A stretch of DNA of 64,000 bases from Octopus sinensis (taxonomy: Eukaryota): the NCBI RefSeq assembly GCF_006345805.1, contig NC_043018.1:10106001-10170000 (forward strand), given 5' to 3'. The first letter of the stretch is position 1, and the number at the start of each line of letters is the position of its first letter. The translations under genes were made by a program, and so were the position numbers. Positions 13,125 to 24,592 of the stretch are shown piece after piece. The notes below the pieces were generated by a model, which was given only the letters and a program-made list of their open reading frames with translations, searched no databases and was not told the DNA's origin.

Positions 13125-14056
13125 ATTTAAGGTGGTGAGCCAGCAGAATTAATAGGATGCTGGTTGAAATGCCTAGTGGTATTTTGTCTGCCACTACATT
13201 CTGAATTCAAATTCCACTGAGGTCAACTTTGCCTTTCATACTTTTGGGGCTGATAAAATAAGGACCAGCGAAACACTGGGGTTGATGTAATTGATTAACC
13301 CCTTCCCCCAAATTTCAGGCCTTGTATCTATTGTAGAAAGGATTACCATTATTATTATGTAACTTATGGTGTAATTATAAACAGGGCAAATTTTAGCCAT
13401 TTCTCAGCAGACTGAAAAAAATTATGAACAACCTTAATCAAGTTAATCAACTTTCAAACCTAATTGAGTTCTCATCAGATGCGTCTACATCATTCTGACA
13501 GTCTCCAGAGCAACATGCAGCTAAACTGTTTGTATACTCCACAAATGCAGCAGTTACTCTGTGAAGGAGTCCCTAATTTACATACCAAAAGTGTTTAACA
13601 CTCTATAAATACCAGCGGCCTGTCAACAGGGATCTTAGTCCACACAAAAGTTGCTAAGAGCTTATTCAATTTACAGGGATATTATCTTGAGGTTTGGTGA
13701 TAACAAGTCTCCTTAAATTTCAAGAATATTTCTAAGGATTCACGTAGAATACAGGACTGCAATTTTCTACAGTTTGAGAAAATGTGTCTCAGTTCCAATA
13801 TCCTTCAGCCTCTCGGGTAGCAGTCTGGGTATGTGCCAAGTGCACCAACTATCACAGGAACAATTGTCACCTTTATCTTTCACAATTTCTTCTCCTCTCT
13901 GGCTAGGTCCTCCTATTTCTCAATTTCTTTATTATTATTCCAGGGTTGACTTTGCCTTTTAGGGTCAATAAAGAAAGTACCAGTGATACACTGGGGTTGA
14001 TGCAATTGACTAGCCCCTTCCCCAAAATTTCAGACCTTGTGCCTTTAGTAGAAAGG

Positions 14057-14087
<31 letters not shown>

Positions 14088-14385
14088 TATTATTATTATT
14101 TCTGACATTGACTCATCTTTTGGAGTCGATAAAATAAGTACCAGTTGAGTACAGGGGTCAATTTAATTGACTTACACCCACTCCCAAAATTGCCGGCCCT
14201 GTGCCGAAATTTGAAAAAGGCATCATTATTATTTTTATTATTCCATGATCAACTTTGATTTTCATCATTTTGGGGTCAATAAAATAAGTACCAGTTGAAT
14301 ACTGGGGTCGAGGTAATTGACTTATCTCCTCCACCCCACTGAAAGTGCTGGCCTTGTGCCAAAATTTGAAACCATTATTATTGCA
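13125..14385 (+). mobile_element. Cluster of older, truncated family-B-like SINEs separated by (TTA)n
   Basis: Repeated tttgcctttcat..ttttggggtcgataaaataagtaccag..ctggggt.gat..aattgact...aaatttcaggccttgt cores. Confidence 0.7.
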
Positions 14386-14420
14386 GTTGTTGCATTTTTT
14401 ATGTGATTTTTACATATTCT

Positions 14421-14550
14421 TTGTACCAATTCTCAAATTGTGCCAATTCTCAAATTGTACCAATTCTCAAATTGTACCAATTCTCAAATTGTACCAATTC
14501 TCAAATTGTACCAATTCTCAAATTGTACCAATTCTCAAATTGTACCAATT
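14421..14550. repeat. 17-bp minisatellite (ttgtaccaattctcaaa), about 7.6 copies
   Basis: Near-perfect tandem units read directly. Confidence 0.95.
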
Positions 14551-15087
14551 CAAACAACAAGAAGCAATCCAATAATGTTTCACCCATCGGAAGAACCAGA
14601 ATGTGGACTCTTCCAGACTATTCCACTGTCACAGAAAGGGAATTGCTCATTAGGCCACCATTTCATTTTGATGTCTTTGATCAGGTCAAATCCCAAGCAG
14701 CATAAAAGAACCAAAAAACAGAAATGCCAAATGTCATGCCATAACCATTCCTCACAGCTAATGTCATGGTTTTTAGAAAACAGGACATTCCTTGTCGCCA
14801 TGGATACAAGAAAATACCAAATGCTTGGCATTTTGAGATGATGTTAATGAAAGAGTTCTTGATAATCAGGAGATGTATGAAGTTAGAGATATTTTCATTA
14901 AAAGGGTGTGTGGTAAAAAATTTACTTCCCAACTGCAGGGTCCCAGGTTCAGTCCTACTGCATGGCACCTTGGGCAAATGTCTTCTACTACAGCCTTGGT
15001 TTGACCAAAGCCATATTAGTGGATTTGATAGAAGAAGCTGAAAGAAGCCTATTGTATATACATACATTATATATATATAATATATAT

Positions 15088-15120
<33 letters not shown>

Positions 15121-15141
15121 GGGTGTGTGTGTGTGTATACA

Positions 15142-15363
15142 CAGTAATCCCTCGACTATCACAGGTGTTACATTCGAAAACCCCTGCAATAGGTGAAAAT
15201 CCACGAAGTAGAAATAGTACTGTACTGTATACTTTTTAAAATTATTTTTATAATTTGTATATATTTATTTTATTATAAATGCAAAACAACACCACGGAGG
15301 AATCGACATAAGCTTAAATAATAAACTGCGATAGGTGACCCACAATATGACGAGGGATTACTG
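15142..15363. mobile_element. Tc1/mariner-pogo (Tigger-like) MITE
   Basis: Perfect 13-bp TIRs cagtaatccctcg (15142-15154) / cgagggattactg (15351-15363); TA on the right flank. Confidence 0.7.
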
Positions 15364-15371
15364 TAATATAT

Positions 15372-15785
15372 CATCATCATCATTTAGCGTCCGCTTTCCA
15401 TGCTAGCATGGGTTGGACGGTTCAACTGGGGTCTGTGAAGTCAGAAGGCTGCATCAGGCCCAGTCTGATCTGGCAGTGTTTCTACGGCTGGATGCCCTTC
15501 CTAACGCCAACCACTCCGTGAGTGTAGTGGGTGCTTTTTACGTGCCACCCGCACAGGTGCCAGACGGAGCTGGCAAACGGTCACGGACGGATGGTGCTTT
15601 TTACGTGCCACCGGCACAGGGGCCAGGCGAGGCTGGCAACAGCCACGAACGGATGGTGCTTTTACGTGCCACCGGCATGAGGCCAGTTGGGGCGGCGCTG
15701 GCAACGGACACGAATGGATGGTGGTGCCAGACGAGTCTGGCAAACGGCCACAAATGGATGCTGCCTTTTACGTGCCACCGGCATA
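15372..15785 (-). mobile_element. SINE-like family C
   Basis: Same core, tail and internal subrepeats as 6245-6585. Confidence 0.75.
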
Positions 15786-15939
15786 TAAAAATATAAAAGA
15801 AGCAAAAATAGTTGAGATTCAGTATTCACCACGTGGCAAAATTATGAATTGAAAATATGTGGAAAACATAAAAAGTGGAAGAGAAATGCTTTCGTTTCAT
15901 TTCTCTTCCACTTTTTATGTTTTCCACATATTTTCAACC

Positions 15940-16551
15940 TATATTGCTCTCAGCTATGGTCACCAACCAGTGTCAAATTAATCACAGAACTTGAGGCAAT
16001 CCAACGAAGCTACACGAAGAAGATAGCCTCTGTGCAGCATATAAGCTATTGGGAACGACTCAAGAGATTAAGACTCTATTCCTTAGAGTGTAGGCAAGAA
16101 AGATGTGTCATAATATACATCTGGAAGATCCTGGAAGAACTTGTCCCAAACTTTGGCATCGAGAGTTACACAAATACAAGAACTGGGTGCCACTGCATAG
16201 TGCCAAGGACTCCAAATTTGCCATCAAGATGTAGGACAAGATACTGTGATAGCCTGGGCTTCAGAGGTCCACAGCTCTTCAATATCCTCCCGAAGGACCT
16301 GAGAGACCTGCATGGGGTGGATGCAGATGTCTTTCAAATAAAGCTGGACCTCTTCCTGTCAGGTGTCCCAGACGAACCAACTTCACGGCAGGAGGTGCAG
16401 ATGAGGGCAGCTGCATCAAACTGTCTCATGCACCAAATGGCAATTGCTAAAAAGCATTCGTGAAGTAAAATCATGTAGCAACACCGAATGGCGGTGCCCC
16501 AGCATGGCCACAACTCGTGAGCTGAAACTAGATAAAATCAAAATCAAAATC
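15940..16551 (+). mobile_element. 5'-truncated CR1/L2-group LINE (ORF2 C-terminus plus 3' tail)
   Basis: LWSP...LEAIQRSYTKKI....SYWERLKRLRLYSLECRQER..IIYIWKIL...GPQLFNILP; ends in gcggtgccccagcatggcc...(aaatc)n. Confidence 0.85.
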
Positions 16552-16743
16552 ATATATATATATACACACACACACACACAAATTTCCAGAATTCAAGAGA
16601 ATTAGGTATTTGAACAGTAAAGCACCAATGTCAGGTTGGTGATTGCATTATTATGTACAAACAATGTTTAACAACAAAAACATAGTAAACATGGATTTGT
16701 ACTCTAGTGGTGCATGCAATCACAAATGGCTGCCTGTGTGTGT

Positions 16744-16799
<56 letters not shown>

Positions 16800-16987
16800 G
16801 GATAAGATCGCTAATTTAAATATCGATCTCATCAAGTGGCCAGCGTGGCGGTATCTCTTAGGTATCTTAAATTATAATTTTATACATATATATATATATA
16901 TATATATAATAAAATATTAGGGAATAAATCCAAACTTACAGGGAAAAATCAGATTTAGGATTGAATCCAATTTTATAGTAAAATATT

Positions 16988-17236
16988 ATATTATATTAAA
17001 TTAGAGATAAAACCACTATTAGGCAAATCAAACAATGAAAAACTTAAGCCAATACATAAGATTAATTAATTTATATTATTTTAAATATATATCAAAAGTA
17101 TTAAAAATTTATTAAGTTTTTAATACTTTTGATATATATTTAAAATAATATAAATTAATTAATTTTATGTATTGGCTTAAGTTTTTCATTGTTTGATTTG
17201 CCTAATAGTGGTTTTATCTCTAATTTAATATAATAT
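16988..17236. repeat. Near-perfect palindrome, ~120-bp arms, 9-nt spacer
   Basis: 16988-17107 vs 17117-17236 are reverse complements; I found 1 mismatch. Confidence 0.9.
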
Positions 17237-17239
17237 ATA

Positions 17240-17270
<31 letters not shown>

Positions 17271-17370
17271 CGTAAAATATATAGGGTGGTGAATATTTTT
17301 AGAAATTTCACCACCAGTGGCCTAGCATGTATAAAAAGTCAATAGACAACATATTCTCAATATAAAATAT

Positions 17371-17547
17371 TGTACATTTAAACACAAGAGAAAACTACCT
17401 TTAACAGGTAATTTTTACATGCTACAATAACCAGTCAAAATGACTTCGAAAATTGCTCTTAAATCTGGTTTTGGTTGTTTTGACTGTTTCTTCTAGCATG
17501 TAAAAATTACCTGTTAAAGGTAGTTTTCTCTTGTGTTTAAATGTACA
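17371..17547. repeat. Inverted repeat, 54-bp perfect arms, ~70-nt spacer
   Basis: tgtacatttaaacacaagagaaaactacctttaacaggtaatttttacatgcta and its reverse complement at 17494-17547. Confidence 0.9.
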
Positions 17548-17548
17548 C

Positions 17549-17612
<64 letters not shown>

Positions 17613-18199
17613 GCATGTGCATATGCCTTTGTGTTTGTATTTGTCCCCCACCAGACTTCGTTCTTTAGAACCCTATAACTTAGGGGTTTGGCAGAAGATA
17701 CCAATAGAATGAGTACCAGGGTTCGTTTTTCCTTTTTCTTTTCTATTTTTTGTTTACATTGTTTTGGACTTGACCTGATCAGAGAGATATCATAATGAAA
17801 TGAGGGCTTCATGAGCAACCCCACTTTCTGTAACGATAAAATAGTCTGGAATTGTCCAAATTGTAGTTCATTCGGTGCTTGAAGCATCATTGGATTTCTT
17901 TTTCTCGTTTGAAGATTTCTTTAACTAAAACCCTTCCAGGTGACATCCCAGCTTGAATGCAGTTTAATGATTGAAATGAATAAAAGATAAAAAGATAGAA
18001 GCTAAGATATTGTATCAATGGTTAAACAATCACTCTGGACGGATTGATTGATTGATTGATTCTCGCGACAAGAGTAACTTGGGATACTCCACATCCAAAA
18101 CAAATCAGAGAGGAGTATCAGCATTATCTTCTATCTTTATTTTTTACTTGTTTCAGTCATCGGACTGTGGCCATGCTGGGGCACCGCCTTATGTTGATA

Positions 18200-18926
18200 A
18201 TATTCCTATAATATTCCTTTCATTTTGTATTTTCTCTCTCTCTTACTCTCCTTACCTCTCTTGCTCCCTTGCTCCATCCATCCCTTTCTCTCCCTCCCTC
18301 CCTCTCTGTCTTTCCTTCCCTCCTGCCCTCTATCCATCACTTCTCTCCCTCTCTCCTACTTTCTCTCTCTCTCTCTCCATTCCTCACTTCTTTCTCTCTC
18401 TCACTCTCCACCTCTCCTGCTTTCTCTATCTATCTCTATCTCCCTCTTTTTCCACCTTCTCTATCCCTTTCCCTTTCTCTTTCCACAGTCTACCTCTCAC
18501 CACTCCTCAGCTCAGCCTCAGCTAACAACTCTCTCTCTCTCACTCCCTCTTTTTCCACCTTCTCTGTCTCTTTCCCTTTCCCTTTTCACAGTCTACCTCT
18601 CACCACCCCTCAGCTCAGCCTCAGCTAACAACTCTCTCTCTCTCTCTCCCTCTTTTTCCACCTTCTCTATCCTTTTCCCTTTCCACAGTCTACCTCTCAC
18701 CACCCCTCAGCTCAGCCTCAGCTAACAACTCTCTCTCTCCATTCCTCACTCTTTCTCTCTCTCACTCTCACCTCTCCTGCTTTCTCTATCTCTCTCTCTC
18801 TCTCCCTCCCTCTTTTTCCACCTTCTCTGTCCCTTTCCCTTTCTCTTTCCACAGTCTACCTCTCACCACCCCTCAGCTCAGCCTCAGCTAACAACTCTCT
18901 CTCTCTCCCTCTTCTCTCTTCTCCAG
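18200..18926 (+). repeat. CT-rich compound repeat with four copies of ccacagtctacctctcaccacccctcagctcagcctcagctaacaac
   Basis: Copies begin near 18483, 18587, 18683 and 18849, directly upstream of the C2A exon acceptor. Confidence 0.9.
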
Positions 18927-19094
18927 CTAACAGTAAATGTAATACAGGCTGCCGACCTACCTGGGATGGATATGTCTGGGACGTCTGACCCATACGTCAA
19001 AGTCTATCTAATGCCCGACAAAAAGAAGAAATTTGAAACAAAAGTCCATCGGAAAACACTGAATCCAGTATTTAATGAATCCTTCACATTTAAG
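18927..19094 (+). CDS. Syt1: Syt1 C2A exon ([56 protein letters not shown])
   Basis: Long CT tract and ctccag| acceptor; donor AAG|gtaagt at 19095; 168 nt open frame; missed by the ORF track (no ATG-led ORF of sufficient length). Confidence 0.97.
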
Positions 19095-19144
19095 GTAAGT
19101 CACATCCACTGACCGTCACAGTAATCGGTAACCATAGCAACTGC

Positions 19145-19555
19145 GGCGAGCTGGCAGAAACGTTAGCACGCCGAGCGAAATGCGTAGCCGTATTTCGTCT
19201 GCCGTTACGTTCTGAGTTCAAATTCCGCCAAGGTCAACTTTGCCTTTCATCCTTTCAGGGTCGATAAATTAAGTACCAGTTACGCACTGGGGTCGATATA
19301 ATCGACTTCATCCGTTTGTCTGTCCTTGTTTGTCCTCTCTGTATTTAGCCCCTTGTGGGTAGTAAAGAAATAGGTATTTCGTCTGATTTACGTTCTGAGT
19401 TCAAATTCCACTGAGGTCGACTTTGCCTTTCATCCTTTCGGGGTCGATAAATTAAGTACCAGTTACGCACTGGGGTCGATGTAATCGACTTAATACCTAT
19501 GTCTGTCCTTGTTTGTCCCCTCTGTGTTTAGCCCCTTGTGGGTAATAAAGAAATA
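19145..19555 (+). mobile_element. Dimeric family-B SINE with 18-bp target-site duplication
   Basis: Full unit followed by a 5'-truncated second unit; TSD ggtaac(c/t)atagcaactgc at 19127-19144 and 19556-19573. Confidence 0.85.
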
Positions 19556-20639
19556 GGTAACTATAGCAACTGCAGTAACAACACTAACCATATCAGTCAA
19601 AGTAGCCATAGTAACAACAGTTAGCATAGTAACCACTGTAACCATGGTAACTGCAGTAACCACAGTAACTATTGTAGCCGTAGTAACTACAGCCTGTAAC
19701 ATCATCATGGCCATCATCATTAATTTCATCATCATCATCATCCAACCAATCGCAACCACTCAGGATTCACAGAGTGATCGACTCCTCCACCCTTCGATCA
19801 TTCATTGCCACTTTGATGGCAATTCCTGAGTTGCATGCAGTCACATCTAGGAAGGAGAATGCTCTTCCTGTCAGCCTCCGCAAGAGGAGAGATGAAATGA
19901 TCCCTCTCTATCTGCTCGATAACAGAGACCATCCAATTCTAGATGTTTCTGGCCTAGACACACAGATACCAGCTTCAACTTCCCATATATTTGTTGTGAA
20001 GGAGGTTGCTAACCTCATACAACAACAGCAGGATGTTACATCAGTGTGTAACATTAGTATGTAACATCGGTAGGTAACATCAGTGTGTAAGAACAGTATG
20101 TAACAACAATATATAATAATATCAGTATGTAACAATATTTAACATCAGTTTGTAACAAAGCATATAACATCATGTAATTTGAGTTGTAATCTCATAGAGT
20201 AACCATGCTCAGTAACCACAATATAGAAGTAGATGTAAAATGTGACCTCATGTAACAACCAGAGAATGTAACCCAGTTTCTAACCTCAGACAGTAACAAC
20301 ACTTTGTGACTACAGACACTAGTCACAGTCTGTATATCTTTATAATAATCACAGCTGGTAAGTCATACAATAGTCCCAGTCTCATGTAATAACCTCAGAC
20401 CATGGTTACAGAATGTACCCTCATATGGTACCGACAGTCAACAATACCATTTTGTAACTACAGTCTGTAGTCAAAGTCTGTCACAACATTCAGTGACTAC
20501 AATCAGCAAACACAGAATGTAACCTGATGCAATAACCACAGTCTGTACCCTGATAATGTAACCAGGGTATATAACCATGGTATGTAATCTCATACAGTAC
20601 AAACTCTCTGTAAATAATACAGTAATAATATAATATATA

Positions 20640-21170
20640 TATAATGAAATTACTATATACAGTGCTCAGGTGCACCACAACTTGTCAGAAAGTGCATATA
20701 AAGCATATGCAGTAATGTACAAATGTCTGGAAAGCGAACAATGTATGAGTCAGATACATGCTTGCGTATGTATGGAGGGGAGAAAATCAGGTGTAGTGTT
20801 GGCGAATCTCAGGAAGCATGGAAGTTTTGAAGGATGCAGTACTCCGACAACTAACAACTGATGCCAGCAGTTTGTTCCATGCTTCAGCAACTCTTAGCAT
20901 GAAAAAATGTTTTCTAAAGTCATGGGAGCTGTGCTGTTTTCTGACTTTGTAAACATGTCCACAGGTTTTAGACGGGTGGAGTTTGAAAAGGTGCTCAGAG
21001 TTATTGTTTGTAAGATGGTTGATAATTTTATGGGTGTCTGCCAAGTCAGCTGCCAGACATCGGAGTTTCAATGTGTCCATGCCCAGGGAAGTAAGGCGTT
21101 CAGGATATGGAAAATGCCCGATGGAGGGTATACTCTTGGTTGCACGTCGCTGAACAGCTTCCAGTAACCA
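20640..21170 (-). mobile_element. CR1/L2-group LINE 3' fragment (same family as 35460-36060)
   Basis: MDTLKLRCLAADLADTHKIINHLTNNNSEHLF...HSSHDFRKHFFMLRVAEAWNKL; shared gtgcacctgagcactgta tail. Confidence 0.85.
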
Positions 21171-21632
21171 CAGCTGATGCCTTCATTTGGTGATGAGAGT
21201 CTGCAATAATATTCAAGTCACTAACTGCAGTTACTAGCCACATTCAGTAACAACTGTCTGTAACTTTATTTAGTGACTACTTTATATAATGACAATCTGA
21301 GACTTCATTGTATAAACTCGTTTGGTGATTTCATTCTGCAACCACATTGTACGAGTTCAGTCTCTAACTAAAGTCACTAATTGTAGTCACTAACCACATT
21401 CATTAATCACAGTCCAAATCTCATTTGGTAACATTAGTCTGTAACTTCATTATGTAACAATAGTTTGTAGCTTCATTTGGTGCCAATGGTCTGTAATGAC
21501 ATTCTGCTACAATACCCAGTGACACGGTCATTAACCACACTTTGTTTCCACATTCAATCACCACAGTCTGTAATTACATTGTGTAACCACAGATAATAAT
21601 CACAGTTTGTAACCAAACTAGTCATTTGTCTT

Positions 21633-21738
21633 TAACCACATTCATTAACCATATTCCATAACCACATTCATTAACCATATTCCATAACCACATTCATTAA
21701 CCATATTCCATAACCACATTCATTAACCATATTCCATA
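21633..21738. repeat. 26-bp minisatellite (taaccacattcattaaccatattcca) x4
   Basis: Four perfect units read directly. Confidence 0.9.
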
Positions 21739-22766
21739 AAAACATTCAGCAAGCAGTTTATACCCGCAACCAAACCTTTATTCACTAACCACATTCTATA
21801 ACCACTAGTAACTACACTTTGTACCCATAATCATTTCCAATAACCACAGCAGTCAATAACCTCTGTTTTTAACAACAGTTGGTAATTACATTTGTAACAA
21901 TATAAAGTAACCACTAGTAGTAATCACCATCAGTAATGACAGTTAGTGGAATTATTTTTAACAACAACAGCCACTGTTTGTAACTACAGTCTGTATTCAT
22001 TAATTTGTAATTACAATTTGGTAATTGCATCTGTGACAACAGTGAGGAGAATGATTTGTAACAAGAGCAACCATTTTAGTAACTAGTTTGTAACTACAGT
22101 CTGTATTCACCAATTTCTAATCGTGTTCCATAACTACTGTCAGAAGCTAACATTCAGTTACCACTCTCAGTATTTGACTGTCAGCATCTACAATCAATAA
22201 TCATCATCTGTGATTGTATTCTATAACTGCATTCTGTAATCAAAGCCATCTTGTAAAATTCATAGCAAGCACACCTTTATGTTTTACTAATTGCAATATT
22301 TGGCTTCAGAAGTAAGCTGGCAGAATTGTTACTGTAAGGACCAAAATTCTTAGTGGCATTTTATCCTTCTTTATGTTCTGAGTTCAGATTCGGTTAAGGT
22401 TGACTTTGCCTTTTCTCTTTTCGGGGTTGATAAAATAGGTACCAGTTGAGCACTGGGGTCAAGATAATTGACTCACTCTCTCTCCTGAAATTGCTGCTTG
22501 TGTGCCAAAATTTGAAATTTATATTTGGCTTCAGTCTTTAACCAGATTCTTTAAACCAGATCATCGGCATCTGTGATATTTACCTTGAACACAATATGTA
22601 GCCAGTCTGTGACTTTGAATGTAAGAAAATAAACCGAAATACTACATTTAGTCTGCTATTTTACCATTTCTGTAACTTCAACTGACCTCATTTACCACCA
22701 CCACCACCCTTCTGAAAATAAATAATTACAGCTTCTAATTACCGTTTTTCTACACTTCTCTTGCAG

Positions 22767-22943
22767 AACGTACCTTATGCTGATATTACGGGTAAGACGC
22801 TAATATTTGCGATCTACGATTTTGATCGCTTTTCAAAGCATGACCAAATTGGTCAAGTCCAAGTTCCAATGAATTCTATAGATCTTGGATCAGTAATTGA
22901 AGAATGGAGGGATCTCACCAGTCCTGATAATGATGCTGAGAAA
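22767..22943 (+). CDS. Syt1: Syt1 C2A exon (NVPYADITGKTLIFAIYDFDRFSKHDQIGQVQVPMNSIDLGSVIEEWRDLTSPDNDAEK)
   Basis: ttgcag| acceptor; AAA|gtaagt donor at 22944; Ca2+-binding loop 3 motif YDFDRFSKHD. Confidence 0.97.
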
Positions 22944-23496
22944 GTAAGTTTTGGTTTTTTTTTACTTCCACACATCATATTTTTATTTATCATTTGTATA
23001 TTTAATTAGTGAATTAACAAATTATCTGTATTAATAAAGTAAGTTCAGTGTGTGTGTATATTTGTGAGTGTACATGTTCATATGTAAGGGTGTGTGTGTG
23101 TTTATGAGTGTGTGTGTGTGTGTGCATGTGTGTATGCAATGTTCATATATTTAGTGTGTGTAGTAAGTGTATATGTCCATGAGCATAGTGCATGTGTGTT
23201 GGTGGGTGAGTGTGTATGTGTGTGTATCTGTGTGTGTGTATTTGTGTATGTGTGTGCTCAATTGTGTTTTATCCTTTAGTCATGAGGGAGAGCTGTGCCC
23301 AAGACTCTTCACTTGCTCTCCCTTCTTTAAAAATGGCAATGTGGCATTTGACAGACATTCGGCCAAACAGTGAGTATAAAGTTAAAAAAATATAACCAAA
23401 AACCAAAAAAAAAAATTTTTTTAAATGACCAAATCTACTTTAAGCTTTCAGTTGTGTTCAATAGATGACCTGTGGTCAAACTTTTTTATTTTATAG

Positions 23497-23762
<266 letters not shown>

Positions 23763-24271
23763 GTAAAAATATTTTAATCTTCGGATTTTTTAAATATGTT
23801 AGGACACTGGTTTTAATTGATTAATATCAATTTCTACCCTTATTCAATTTTATATATATATATAATGAAAGAAGTGTTCATTGACATAGATCCTGTGACA
23901 ATTATATTGTAACTGTGGATGACATTAGGGAGCCTAAACAGTGAAAGACATTTACCCAAGGTCCAAATAATTACTTACATAGATCGTTTAAAATAATATT
24001 ACATGGGAATGGGGGATTTGAGGCTTTAATAGACGTCACTACATTTGTTTCTGCACCACACACCAGCTGAGTTTATATTCATATGCTATTATACAAGATC
24101 AGCCTTTAGAATTACTATTATATAGTTAAATATTTTTCAGCAACAGCTTCGTGAAATATACCCCACAGTAGGATAACATGTGATAACCAAATAACAATCG
24201 TAAAAACTTTTAAATGCATGTTATAAGGTTTTTACCCAAATAATACTATATATTTATATATATCACTGATC

Positions 24272-24592
24272 ACTGTGACCGACCAGGCTATCAGATGTTG
24301 CTACAGATCACTGGTCACAATGCGCTTCGCACTGTTTTAGCCTTCAAATGACGCCACCCCGCTGGCTAAGCAAGCAGGCCAACAGAAGAAAGTGTGAGAG
24401 AAAGTTGTGACAAAAGTGTACAGCAGGGATCGCCACCAACCCCCTGCCAGAGCTTCGTGGATCTTTAGGTGTTTTCGCTCAATAAACACTCACAACATCC
24501 GGTCTGGGAATCGAAACCACGATCCTACAACCATGAGTCCACTGCCCTAACCGCTGGGACATTGCGCCTCCATATATATATATATATAATGA
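24272..24592 (-). mobile_element. tRNA-derived SINE family D
   Basis: Reverse complement of ggcgcaatgtcccagcggttagggcagtggactca...gtttcgattcccagaccgg head; same subfamily as 37040-37345. Confidence 0.8.

Noticed and set aside
18052-18725. Leu/Ser/Pro-rich ORFs
   Set aside because: Translation of the CT-rich intronic tract.
19770-19995. Cluster of short hairpins and a 96-aa ORF downstream of the C2A exon
   Set aside because: Stems are only 6-7 bp, I saw no complementarity to the exons, and the protein is unrecognisable.
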